Source of the DNA: an uncultured Spirochaetota bacterium
Lineage (GTDB): Bacteria; Spirochaetota; B62-G9; DRHN01
DNA length: 64,000 nt
Direction of reading: 5' to 3'
NCBI GenBank assembly: GCA_964521865.1
Contig: CAZFTJ010000005.1
Location: forward strand, 7,613-71,612
The notes under the pieces are model-generated. The model was not told the origin of the DNA, made no database searches, and saw only the letters and a program-made list of their open reading frames with translations. Below, piece by piece: positions 30,540 through 39,878 of this stretch. The position numbers and the translations under genes are program-made. The stretch's first letter is position 1, and each line of letters begins with the position of its first letter.

Positions 30540-33203
30540 TCAATCGCCTGCCATCTGACGAACCACGGTATGCAGAATACCGCCGTTTTTGTAATACTCG
30601 AGCTCAACGGGGGTGTCGAGACGCGCACGAACATCAAAACGCTTCTTCTCACCCGTTTCAAAAACAGCTTCCACTTCGAGCAGTTGACCCACTTCATACA
30701 CAGTCTCGATACTGTAGCGTTCCATACCGGTGAGCCCCAGTGAGGAGGCATTCTGCCCATCGACGAACTGAAGCGGCAGCACCCCCATACCGATGAGATT
30801 GCTCCGGTGTATGCGTTCGAAGCTCTCGGCGATGACCGCCTTTACACCGAGGAGCTGGGTCCCTTTTGCCGCCCAGTCCCTCGAGCTCCCGGCTCCGTAC
30901 TCCCTGCCCGCAATAACGATGAGCGGAACACCCCTGCCGGCATACTCAACCGCCGCATCGTAGATGGGCATAACCGCGCCGTCGGGAATGAGCCTGGTCA
31001 CGCCGCCCTCTGTGCCGGGTACGAGAAAGTTTTTTATACGAATATTTCCGAACGTCCCCCGCACCATCACCTCGTGGTTGCCCCGTCTCGATCCGTAGCT
31101 GTTGAAGTCCTCAGGTTTTACCCCGTGTTCGATGAGCCATTTCCCGGCCGGGCTCTCGGCAGGAATGCTTCCAGCAGGTGAGATATGATCCGTGGTTATC
31201 GTTTCCCCGAGAAACGCGAGCACTCTCGCATTTTCAATAACAGGCATCCGGGCAAGCCGGCCGCTGAGCCCGTTGAAAAAAGGCGGCTTCCTGATATAGG
31301 TCGACGAATCATTCCAGGCGTACCGCTCTGCTTTTTTCACGTGCACCCTGTTCCAGGTTTCATTGCCTGTGTAGACGTTCGAGTACTCGTCAATAAAAAA
31401 TTTCGAAGAGAGCACACGCCGTATAACTTCCTGCACTTCTTCTTCTGACGGCCATATGTCCGAAAGATACACCGCCTCGCCGTTTTTATCGCAGCCGACC
31501 GGCTCTCTGGTAAGGTCTTTCATCTTTCCCGAAAGCGCGTAGGCAACGACAAGGGGCGGCGACATGAGATAGTTTGCACGCACATCCTGATGAATTCGCC
31601 CCTCGAAATTTCTATTTCCCGAGAGAACGCTCGCAGTCACGAGTTCATTCTCGCGTATGGCCCTGCTTATCTCGGTCAGGAGGGGCCCTGAATTCCCAAT
31701 ACAGGTGGTACATCCGTATCCGACCTGATGAAAGCCGAGCGCCTCGAGGTACGGGGTAAGTCCCGCCTCGTCCAGGTAGCGGGTCACGACCTTCGAACCT
31801 GGCGCGAGGCTCGTCTTTACATGAGGAGGAACGTCGAGGCCGAGCTGTACCGCCTTTTTCGCAAGCATGCCGGCGCCGACCATGACCGTTGGATTCGAGG
31901 TATTCGTACAGCTCGTAATCGCTGCGATGACCACCGATCCATCCTCGAGCACGGCATCCCTCCCATGGAGGGTGAAATGCACCTCCCTGGACTTTCTCTT
32001 CATCGTCTTCAGCATATCCGGAATCGACGTGTGCGCCCTATCGAGCGAAATCCTGTCCTGCGGACGCCTGGGGCCTGCAATTGACGGCTCGACGGACGCC
32101 AGATCGAGCTCGATTACATCGGTAAACACAGGATCGGGGGTGTCTTTATCTCTGAAAAGTCCCTGAGCCTTCATGTATTTCTCGACAAGATCGACACGCT
32201 CCTTTGTCCTCCCCGTTTCCCTGAGATAGGTGAGGGTCTTCTCGTCGACGGGAAAGTACATGACGGTCGCACCTGTTTCCGGCGACATATTGCTCACAAG
32301 CGCTCTGTCGCAGGCCGTCATGGAACCGACTCCCGGGCCGAAGAGCTCCACGAATTTACCGACGACTCCGTATTCCCGCAGCCGTTTGGTTACATGAAGC
32401 ACAATGTCGGTGGGCGTGGTGCCTGGTCCGAGCCTGCCTGTAAGCCTTAACCCGATGACGTCCGGCAGAAGCATGTAGTAGGGCCGGCCGAGTATAACGG
32501 CCTCAGCCTCGATGCCGCCGACTCCCCACCCGAGAACACCGAGCCCGTCTATCATCGGCGTGTGTGAATCGGTGCCTACAAGGGTATCCGGGAAAGCATA
32601 CGATGCGCCGCCGCTCTCTGCGGTCTGCACCACCTTCGCCAGATACTCGAGATTAACCTGATGGCATATGCCCGTCGCCGGCGGCACCACCTGCAGATTA
32701 TCGAAAGACGCCGCGCCCCACCGCAGCAATTCATAGCGCTCACTGTTTCGTTTGAACTCCATATCCGCATTGTATGCGAGCGCCCTTAGTGTTGCAAAGC
32801 GGTCGACCTGCACGGAATGGTCGATAACGAGATCAACCGGTATGCGCGGATTGATCTGCTGCGGATGCCCTCCCCGGTCGGCGAGTGCATCGCGCATGAC
32901 CGCGAGATCCACGAGCGCCGGTACGCCGGTGAAATCCTGCATCAGAACGCGTGCCGGCATGAACGGCACCTCTTGTCCCCCTCCGAACACCAGTTTCTCT
33001 ACGTCATCCTCTCCGATCAGATTCCCATCAATATTTCGCACCACGGATTCGAGCAGTATCTTCAGGGTGAAGGGCATCCGAGAGATATCTTTCCCGAGTT
33101 TTTCCGATAGCCTTCTCAAACTGAAGTAGCGCACATCTCCACTTGCAGTCTGCAAACCGGCAAGAATCCCGAAGGAATCGATATACAGTCTTTCCGATGG
33201 CAT
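30540..33203 (-). CDS. acnA: aconitate hydratase A
   Basis: 887 aa; aconitase family blocks including the Fe-S ligand Cys region (TSCTNTSN, GCTTCIGNSG) and the swivel domain. Confidence 0.95.
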   Translation of the reverse strand: MPSERLYIDSFGILAGLQTASGDVRYFSLRRLSEKLGKDISRMPFTLKILLESVVRNIDGNLIGEDDVEKLVFGGGQEVPFMPARVLMQDFTGVPALVDLAVMRDALADRGGHPQQINPRIPVDLVIDHSVQVDRFATLRALAYNADMEFKRNSERYELLRWGAASFDNLQVVPPATGICHQVNLEYLAKVVQTAESGGASYAFPDTLVGTDSHTPMIDGLGVLGWGVGGIEAEAVILGRPYYMLLPDVIGLRLTGRLGPGTTPTDIVLHVTKRLREYGVVGKFVELFGPGVGSMTACDRALVSNMSPETGATVMYFPVDEKTLTYLRETGRTKERVDLVEKYMKAQGLFRDKDTPDPVFTDVIELDLASVEPSIAGPRRPQDRISLDRAHTSIPDMLKTMKRKSREVHFTLHGRDAVLEDGSVVIAAITSCTNTSNPTVMVGAGMLAKKAVQLGLDVPPHVKTSLAPGSKVVTRYLDEAGLTPYLEALGFHQVGYGCTTCIGNSGPLLTEISRAIRENELVTASVLSGNRNFEGRIHQDVRANYLMSPPLVVAYALSGKMKDLTREPVGCDKNGEAVYLSDIWPSEEEVQEVIRRVLSSKFFIDEYSNVYTGNETWNRVHVKKAERYAWNDSSTYIRKPPFFNGLSGRLARMPVIENARVLAFLGETITTDHISPAGSIPAESPAGKWLIEHGVKPEDFNSYGSRRGNHEVMVRGTFGNIRIKNFLVPGTEGGVTRLIPDGAVMPIYDAAVEYAGRGVPLIVIAGREYGAGSSRDWAAKGTQLLGVKAVIAESFERIHRSNLIGMGVLPLQFVDGQNASSLGLTGMERYSIETVYEVGQLLEVEAVFETGEKKRFDVRARLDTPVELEYYKNGGILHTVVRQMAGD

Positions 33204-33225
33204 GCGACCTCCTCCTATCCTTCAC

Positions 33226-33753
33226 TCATTCCAGACCGAGTTTCTTCAGTTTCGGCCGAATGACGACAGAGCAGTACCCCTGGGTGGGGTGCCTGTCATA
33301 GTAACCCTGGTGATAATCCTCAGCGGGATAAAATATCTCCAGGGGCTTTATTTCCGTGACAACGGGATCGTCGAAATACGCAGCGGTTTTTTCTTTCGAT
33401 TCTTCGGCGATCTTTCTCTGTTTGTCATCCAGATAGAGAATAATCGAACGGTACTGCGAGCCCACATCCACACCCTGCCGGTTTCTGGTGGTTGGGTCAT
33501 GGGCCTTCCAGAACAGTTCGAGCAGTTCTTCATAACTGATGCTATCCGGATCGTACTCTATCCGCACCACCTCGGCATGCCCCGTCGTATCGGAACAAAC
33601 CTCCCTGTAGGTGGGGTTCGGCTTCGTGCCCCCCGCGTAGCCCGACACAACAGATTTTACCCCGTCGATTCTTGCATACGCCGCTTCGATGCACCAGAAG
33701 CAGCCGCCGCCAAAAACCGCAACTTCGGTTCTTTCGAATTTATTCTCTCTCAT
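33226..33753 (-). CDS. msrA: peptide-methionine (S)-S-oxide reductase MsrA
   Basis: GGGCFWC active-site motif; 175 aa; 22 bp upstream of acnA (same operon). Confidence 0.9.
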   Translation of the reverse strand: MRENKFERTEVAVFGGGCFWCIEAAYARIDGVKSVVSGYAGGTKPNPTYREVCSDTTGHAEVVRIEYDPDSISYEELLELFWKAHDPTTRNRQGVDVGSQYRSIILYLDDKQRKIAEESKEKTAAYFDDPVVTEIKPLEIFYPAEDYHQGYYDRHPTQGYCSVVIRPKLKKLGLE

Positions 33754-33947
33754 CGTATATTCAATATCAAACCGGCACTTTGAAAACAGCGCTCCAACCG
33801 TATACTGTATACTATAGTAATGTACATAACTTCATGTGACCAGGGCAAGTTTGGGCAGCGTTCCCGTTCATTTTTTTACAGGACAACTTTTTAAATCTAT
33901 TAAAATTATATGATTTCCATTAGTTTCCATCTCATGTATAATAAAGT

Positions 33948-34307
33948 ATGGCTCTGTGCGGTTTCCGCTGCACGGACCCCTCTTTCAAGAACAGGGTGCC
34001 GTCAATGGGCAGGCTAAAACGCTGGTACGACAAGGATCCTGAGCTTAAAAAATGGATCGAAAAGCTAAAACATGCGGATGAGGAAAAGAGAAATACCATC
34101 CTCGACGGAATCAAACGTCTTGACAGCAATTTCGACAGTGAGCTCATCGATCGGCACGTGCTGGAATTTCCAATGGAGCTGAAAAGAAGGTGGTACGATC
34201 AAAACCCGTACTGCTGGCTCATCATCAATGGATTGAAATATGCGGATGAGCCGCTTCTCCGGAAAGTGGTAGACTACCTGCAGAAAGAGCTTTCACATTT
34301 CCCCTGA
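33948..34307 (+). CDS. hypothetical protein
   Basis: 119-aa ORF with no recognised motif; start uncertain (alternative start MGRLKRWYD). Confidence 0.3.
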   Translation: MALCGFRCTDPSFKNRVPSMGRLKRWYDKDPELKKWIEKLKHADEEKRNTILDGIKRLDSNFDSELIDRHVLEFPMELKRRWYDQNPYCWLIINGLKYADEPLLRKVVDYLQKELSHFP

Positions 34308-34478
34308 TACGAATGGCCTCGTCCGTTCGGAGTGGAAGATCGAAGAAACATCCCTGCCGATAAAGGTATATACCATAACCGAAAGAGGAACATCAGTTCT
34401 GGAAGAGAGAATCGGCATCTCAAGATCTCAAATAAACCGATTGAAGAAAATTCTTACCCTGTATGAAGGAGGAGGAGA

Positions 34479-34880
34479 ATGATCATCGCATTTTCAGCAG
34501 ATGACGATGAGGGATTGCGGTCCCGCATATCGCACCACTTCGGAAGATGTCCCTACTACATCTTCGTGGAGGTCGAAAACAAGGACATTGTTTCAGTAAA
34601 CGGCGAAGAGAACCCGTACTTTTCTTCGCACCAGCCCGGCGCAGTTCCGGAATACATTTCGTCAAAGCATGCACAGTTTATCGTTGCAGGCGGCATGGGC
34701 CCGCGTGCAGTACAATTCTTCGAACAGTACCGGATAGCTCCGATTATCGGAGTTTCAGGTAAAATTGAAGATGTACTGGACGATATTCTCGAAGGCAAAT
34801 ACGAGACAGTCGGCATGCGAAATTACGATCCCTCAAAACATGACAGACACAAGGACGAACGGGATCATACGTGTAATTAA
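34479..34880 (+). CDS. NifB/NifX-family (dinitrogenase FeMo-cofactor-binding domain) protein
   Basis: MIIAFSADDD..HFGRCPYYIFVEV..FIVAGGMGPRAVQFFEQYRIAPI matches NifX/NafY-like small proteins; RBS GGAGGAGGAG. Confidence 0.7.
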   Translation: MIIAFSADDDEGLRSRISHHFGRCPYYIFVEVENKDIVSVNGEENPYFSSHQPGAVPEYISSKHAQFIVAGGMGPRAVQFFEQYRIAPIIGVSGKIEDVLDDILEGKYETVGMRNYDPSKHDRHKDERDHTCN

Positions 34881-34942
34881 TTGTGGATACGGTGCTTCGA
34901 AGCAAAGGCGGCACATGCCGCATGCATCGCAGCGATGCGCCG

Positions 34943-35683
34943 TCATTTGACCCGCAATTCCCATAAAACGGAGAGCTCCTTTTCGAGGCGTGAGCCGAGC
35001 GCTTCACCGCCGAGCGTCGTCACATCGTCCTCATTCTCGAAAACCCTGTAAGGAATTCTATATCCACGTACGTACAAATAGTGCGCATCACGCGAGGAAA
35101 AATCTTCCCAGTCGCACTCTCTGTACAGGGTTTCCATCTTGTCGTCGGGGATGCTGTGCTGGAGAATGCTGCCGGGGTCGTTCGGGTTATACCGCCTTCT
35201 GTTTTTTCGGATCGATTCACCGTATGAAACATTGATGTAGAGCACCGCTGCGGACTCGAGAATGCGGTCCGAGAGATTATTAAACGCGCGGGCAAACCCG
35301 CCATGCGCCCTGCCTCGAGAAAACTCGAGTACGGCGGTACAGGTTTCAGGATAGTGCGGATCTTTCTTGAGCTTTTTTTCATATTCAAAAGAAATTCGAC
35401 GAATGAGCACATCCCAGAGATATTCGTATTTAAAATAGCCGTCAACTGTCGTATATAGGCGCGGCCTGCCCATTTCAGTGAGAATCGCATCTTCCTCAAA
35501 CCACGACCAGAGCATGGGAAAGTCGTCAATCTCTTCAAAATTTCCGATGTGAAAGCGCCTCTGACGCTCCGTTTCGGCGACACTTTTCATATACCGGATG
35601 ATCTCACTCTTTCCTGCCGCAGGCCGTGCTATAAGCACAAGCACCGCAAATAGTCTCCAGGGCTCCATCGCTCCGACTCCCAT
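34943..35683 (-). CDS. P-loop NTPase, kinase-like hypothetical protein
   Basis: Walker A IARPAAGKSE; 246 aa; no further family assignment possible by eye. Confidence 0.4.
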   Translation of the reverse strand: MGVGAMEPWRLFAVLVLIARPAAGKSEIIRYMKSVAETERQRRFHIGNFEEIDDFPMLWSWFEEDAILTEMGRPRLYTTVDGYFKYEYLWDVLIRRISFEYEKKLKKDPHYPETCTAVLEFSRGRAHGGFARAFNNLSDRILESAAVLYINVSYGESIRKNRRRYNPNDPGSILQHSIPDDKMETLYRECDWEDFSSRDAHYLYVRGYRIPYRVFENEDDVTTLGGEALGSRLEKELSVLWELRVK

Positions 35684-35830
35684 ATTCGGCTGTTTACATG
35701 CTCCTCCAATACCGTACCCGATATTCAGCTTTTTATCCCGCCGCTCGGACCAGAGTCAATGGACCCGAACGCATCGCAAAGAATAAAGATTCGACAGGTG
35801 CACCGTACGGAGGGCCGGCAATTCCGTCTG

Positions 35831-37192
35831 TCAGTAGGAATAGCTGCTCCCGCCGATAAACTCCCTTAACAGGGATGTGCCGGGCACCACATTCTCATCG
35901 CTCCAATCCGGAAACTCTCCGAACATTTCAATCACCCGCTGGGCCCGTGCGAGCGCATCCGACTTTTCAGGGTCATTTTTGAACTCCTCGATGAAACCGG
36001 GAAAAAATCCGCCGAGCCTGTGCTTCATCATGGGAAGCTCATACGGAAGAAAACTGTTGAGGATGTAATGGGCCTTTGTAATGCGTGAAATGATGTACCT
36101 CATTTCAGAGCGACGCACATAGTGCCAGTGCGTTATGGTCTGCTGAGGACTGTAGTTTCGAAACTGCATATCCCGCACCATTCTGCGAAGCATTCTGATA
36201 TCGGCCCATCGTATGAACCGTCCCTCTTTGTTTTTTATTTGCGACAGTGTTTCAATATACAGGTTGAACTTCTTTTCCTCCGGTATATCACCGGTCATAT
36301 CCTCGAACATGCCGTGCAGAGAATCGATGAGAAGTATCTCTTTTTCCCCGAGCGAAAGAGTGCCCGAGACGCCTTCCCTGTTGCCCGTTTTGAAGTTATA
36401 GTAGGGAACCTGTACGGTTTTTCCCGCAAGAAGCACTTTCAGATGCTCGTTGATAAGCGCGAGGTCCAGAGCCTGCGGTGTTTCGTAGTCGTAATCGCCG
36501 ACCATGTCCTGCGGCTGATCCTTCAGATCGAAGAAGTAATGATCCACATTGAGGGTAACGAGGTTGTACCCGAGCTTTTGCAGTTCTTTTTCTATTTTTA
36601 TCGTGGTTGTCGTCTTGCCGGACGAAGAGGGACCGGACACGATGATGATTTTGATGTCGTCTATCCTGTTTTCAATGAGCCTGACTGCATCTTCAAGCTC
36701 ATCCTCATAAAAATTCTCGGATACTGTGACAAGCTCACCGAACCTGTTCTTCTCGATAAAGTCGCCGATCTGGTTCAGCCGGACACAATGGTGATCTATT
36801 CCCCAGGAAAGAGCGTACCACAGTTTCCTGTAGGGAATGTTATCGGAAGAGTATGTCAGGCTCTCCCTTCCGGCCCGTTTGAGGGCATGCTCGTACCGGT
36901 ATATTATGTAGGCCTTTGCCGTTTTTGCATGGCCCCGTTCAATGAGCGATTTTTCGACGAGGTCCTGCACCTCCTCGACGGTCGGGTAGCTCTGAGGGTA
37001 ATCGGCCGACTCGAGTCTGGTCATAACATCGTCGGTCACCTTTTCAGCAGTTGCCCTATCGCGTCCGCCGACGGCAATCGCTGCCTGGAGAACGGCAAGT
37101 GTAATTTTTTCGCGATTGAAGGGAACAAGGCTTCCGTCCCGTTTAATTATCTTATCGATCACGAGATTCTCCTCCGCCGTCCGGATAGGCAA
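35831..37192 (-). CDS. ATP-cone domain fused to a uridine-kinase/phosphoribulokinase-family P-loop kinase domain
   Basis: N-terminal VIKRDGSLVPFNREKITLAVLQA (ATP-cone as in NrdR/NrdA); central IVSGPSSSGKTTTT...NVDHYF (PRK/Udk-like Walker A and substrate region); 453 aa. Confidence 0.6.
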   Translation of the reverse strand: MPIRTAEENLVIDKIIKRDGSLVPFNREKITLAVLQAAIAVGGRDRATAEKVTDDVMTRLESADYPQSYPTVEEVQDLVEKSLIERGHAKTAKAYIIYRYEHALKRAGRESLTYSSDNIPYRKLWYALSWGIDHHCVRLNQIGDFIEKNRFGELVTVSENFYEDELEDAVRLIENRIDDIKIIIVSGPSSSGKTTTTIKIEKELQKLGYNLVTLNVDHYFFDLKDQPQDMVGDYDYETPQALDLALINEHLKVLLAGKTVQVPYYNFKTGNREGVSGTLSLGEKEILLIDSLHGMFEDMTGDIPEEKKFNLYIETLSQIKNKEGRFIRWADIRMLRRMVRDMQFRNYSPQQTITHWHYVRRSEMRYIISRITKAHYILNSFLPYELPMMKHRLGGFFPGFIEEFKNDPEKSDALARAQRVIEMFGEFPDWSDENVVPGTSLLREFIGGSSYSY

Positions 37193-37378
37193 CCCATGGG
37201 CCTGCAGTGAAGACTCCGATACGTGAACGCATCAAAACATTGAAGCGCACCGGCAGGAGACGACTAGATTTCACATTGATCAAATCACGGTGTTTTTTCA
37301 GCTGTGATCCGATGCCCTGAAAAAACATGCTGCAGAGAACATGACGTCCGACCGCAGCACCATAAACTCGACGCCGGT

Positions 37379-38896
37379 TCACACGAAACGCCTTCGAATT
37401 TCAGCGCTTACAGAGTCGAGAATGGCAACTGTAATGGCAATAAACCATACGGCAATTCCCGCAGCCTTGTAATCGAGGAGTCTGATGTACTGCACAAGAA
37501 TAAATCCGATACCGCCGCCGCCCACCAGTCCGATAATCGTGGACATACGCACATTGATATCCCACCTGTATATGGAAAACGACACGAACGGGGGTATCAT
37601 CTGCGGTACGACTGCATACATGATCGTCTGAAGGCGTGTCGCACCCGTTGCCTGTATCGCCTCGATGGGACCCGGGTCTATATTCTCTATGGCCTCGGAG
37701 TAGAGCTTTCCGAGCGCGGCGATCGAGTGGAAGGTCAGTGCGATAATACCTGCAAAGGGGCCGAGTCCCACCCACACGACAGCGATCAGAGCCCAGATGA
37801 GCGGCTCGATAGAGCGTACGATATTCATGACGGTTCGGGTGATGTAATAGATTATCATGGTGACCCAGGAACCCGACATCAGGTTCCGTGCTGCAAGAAA
37901 GCTCACCGGTATGGCGAAGATAATGCCGAAGAAAGTTGCCATCATCCCCATGAATATGGTTTCGGCCATCCGGGAAATGGTCAGTTTCAGAGGATCGTTG
38001 ATCTTGAGCCTGCCGAGTGCAGATATCTGTCTTGCTTCAACCCGGTGATACTGCGGTCCGGCCGCGCTCGGCGGAATCAGCCGGTAGGGCATAACGAGCT
38101 TGAACGTAAAAGCCCCATTCTGGTCCGTTTTAAGGGTTACGTATTTCCCCTCCTGTCGGGGACGAAACTCGTTTCCGAGAGAATCCTTCCACCATATCTG
38201 CGTTTCCGTGTTCGGCGCAAACCCCCTGCCCGTGAGCGTTACAGTTGAGCCTTTGATCACCTGATTGTTCTTATCCATTCTGGAAAGCTCGCCGCAGCGC
38301 GGCTCGACCTTCAGGTACGGTTTTCCCGGTTCTTCGATCGGCACCGGAGGAAGCTCGTCCTCACAGCCGATCAGTATATCGGCACCTGCTTTGATTTCCT
38401 CCTTCTCACGCATGACAGCCGCTTCCCACGGCCACAGCACGCGGGACAGGGGCGGCAGCGCATCCGGGAGCTCGGTAACCATCTTGTACAGGTTGATCTG
38501 GCTTATCTGCCAGCCGAGGACGAAAAAGCTTACCAGTATGAGCACAAACAGGCCCGGGCCGCTCTTTTCCCCTGTCTTCGCCTGCCTGTACGCGTCCCAG
38601 GCCGTCCACAGCCAGCACATAACGGCAGCGGCCAGCATAATCCCCATAAATAGAGGCCGCCGCTGCAGAGCCTTGACAAGACGCGCCCAGCCGCCGACCT
38701 CGAAATGCGCAAGAAGGTAAATACGCCATCCGACGATCAGCAGCATGGTGGCGAAGGACCCGAAAAGGAGAAGTCCCCGTCTGACCTGCCCGCAGACAAC
38801 CTGCCCGAGACCCGGAATAATGAGCGACAGCAGCCCCGCAACCGGACCCGGCACACCGGTGACAACCGTCTTTTTTCGTGCTGTCATTCGAACCAT
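37379..38896 (-). CDS. phnE: phosphonate ABC transporter permease PhnE with about 230-aa N-terminal extension (extra TM helices plus a soluble domain)
   Basis: C-terminal 270 aa is a typical PhnE (LGPFAGIIALTFHSIAALGKLYSEAIENID, IGLVGGGGIGF); the N-terminal half has about 4 TM helices and about 130 hydrophilic residues; start overlaps the phnC stop. Confidence 0.8.
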   Translation of the reverse strand: MVRMTARKKTVVTGVPGPVAGLLSLIIPGLGQVVCGQVRRGLLLFGSFATMLLIVGWRIYLLAHFEVGGWARLVKALQRRPLFMGIMLAAAVMCWLWTAWDAYRQAKTGEKSGPGLFVLILVSFFVLGWQISQINLYKMVTELPDALPPLSRVLWPWEAAVMREKEEIKAGADILIGCEDELPPVPIEEPGKPYLKVEPRCGELSRMDKNNQVIKGSTVTLTGRGFAPNTETQIWWKDSLGNEFRPRQEGKYVTLKTDQNGAFTFKLVMPYRLIPPSAAGPQYHRVEARQISALGRLKINDPLKLTISRMAETIFMGMMATFFGIIFAIPVSFLAARNLMSGSWVTMIIYYITRTVMNIVRSIEPLIWALIAVVWVGLGPFAGIIALTFHSIAALGKLYSEAIENIDPGPIEAIQATGATRLQTIMYAVVPQMIPPFVSFSIYRWDINVRMSTIIGLVGGGGIGFILVQYIRLLDYKAAGIAVWFIAITVAILDSVSAEIRRRFV

Positions 38897-39684
38897 CAGC
38901 CGGCCCCCTCGTCCCTGCGTCCGGCACTCACCCTGACCGCTTCCTCACCGTAAATGTCCTTGAACTCATCATCCGTCATCCGACGAATATCCCTCCTCGA
39001 ACCGCGGTACACGATCCGTCCTTCCTTCAAACCAATGACACGCGTCGCATACCGCTGCACAAGGTCCAGATAGTGAAGACTGCAGAGCACGGTCACCCCT
39101 TCTTCCCGGTTCATCTGCTCCAGGTATCCGAGTATGGTGTGTGCGAGCACCGGATCGAGGCTTGCCACCGGTTCATCGGCGAGCACCATCCGCGGCTGCT
39201 GCATCAGCGCACGCGCAATACCGACACGCTGCTGCTGGCCGCCGCTCAATTCATCGGCACGCTTATTCGCCTGATCCGCGATTCCCACTCGCATGAGTGC
39301 ATGCAGCGCCATATCGCGGTCGTCGGGGGAAAAACGGTGCAGAAGACTCGACATTGAACCGGCATAGCCGAGCCTCCCTGAAAGCACATTCGTCAGCACA
39401 CTCGACCGTTTGACGAGATTGAAATGCTGAAATATCATCCCGATCTGCCTGCGTATCTCCCTGAGCGGGCCTGGATCGGCCGAGGTGATGTCCACTCCGT
39501 CCCAGGTGATCTTTCCCTCCGTAGGCTCGATAAGCCTGTTTATGCACCGAAGCAGCGTCGATTTCCCGGAACCGCTCAGTCCGATAATCACGAGAAACTC
39601 CCCGGATTCCACCTGGAAGCCGACGTTTTTCAAAGCAACGGTACCGTCGTCGTATACCTTTGTCAGATTTGTGATCTCAAGCAT
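38896..39684 (-). CDS. phnC: phosphonate ABC transporter ATP-binding protein PhnC
   Basis: Walker A GLSGSGKST; LSGGQQQR signature; Walker B LADEP; 262 aa. Confidence 0.9.
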   Translation of the reverse strand: MLEITNLTKVYDDGTVALKNVGFQVESGEFLVIIGLSGSGKSTLLRCINRLIEPTEGKITWDGVDITSADPGPLREIRRQIGMIFQHFNLVKRSSVLTNVLSGRLGYAGSMSSLLHRFSPDDRDMALHALMRVGIADQANKRADELSGGQQQRVGIARALMQQPRMVLADEPVASLDPVLAHTILGYLEQMNREEGVTVLCSLHYLDLVQRYATRVIGLKEGRIVYRGSRRDIRRMTDDEFKDIYGEEAVRVSAGRRDEGAG

Positions 39685-39770
39685 TAAGGCACCTCACGTA
39701 ATCCGAACGTCTTCGTCGGAAATCCCGAGAAAGCGGGGAATTGCCTTTAACCTCCGCTTTTTTCAACAAT

Positions 39771-39806
39771 CGGTATTTCTTTCGGTATTTCTTTCGGTAT
39801 TTTTTT
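39771..39806. repeat. 12-bp tandem repeat (CGGTATTTCTTT) x3 in the phnD-phnC intergenic region
   Basis: Read directly: cggtatttctttcggtatttctttcggtattttttt. Confidence 0.8.
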
Positions 39807-39821
39807 CCCGTGCAGCCTCCC

Positions 39822-39860
39822 TCAATAAAACCGGCGCACAGACAACACAGCCCGTGCGCC
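39822..39860 (-). terminator. intrinsic terminator/attenuator after phnD (stem GGCGCAC/GTGCGCC then UUUUAUU on the minus strand)
   Basis: 7-bp GC-rich stem at 39833-39839/39854-39860, followed on the minus strand by GGTTTTATT; sits between the phnD stop (39879) and the phnC start (39684). Confidence 0.55.
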
Positions 39861-39878
39861 CTTTCAATGCAGATAATG

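Noticed and set aside
36122-37210. 362-aa plus-strand ORF
   Set aside because: It is antisense to the ATP-cone/kinase gene, which has clear Walker A and ATP-cone motifs. It has no RBS or motif of its own.
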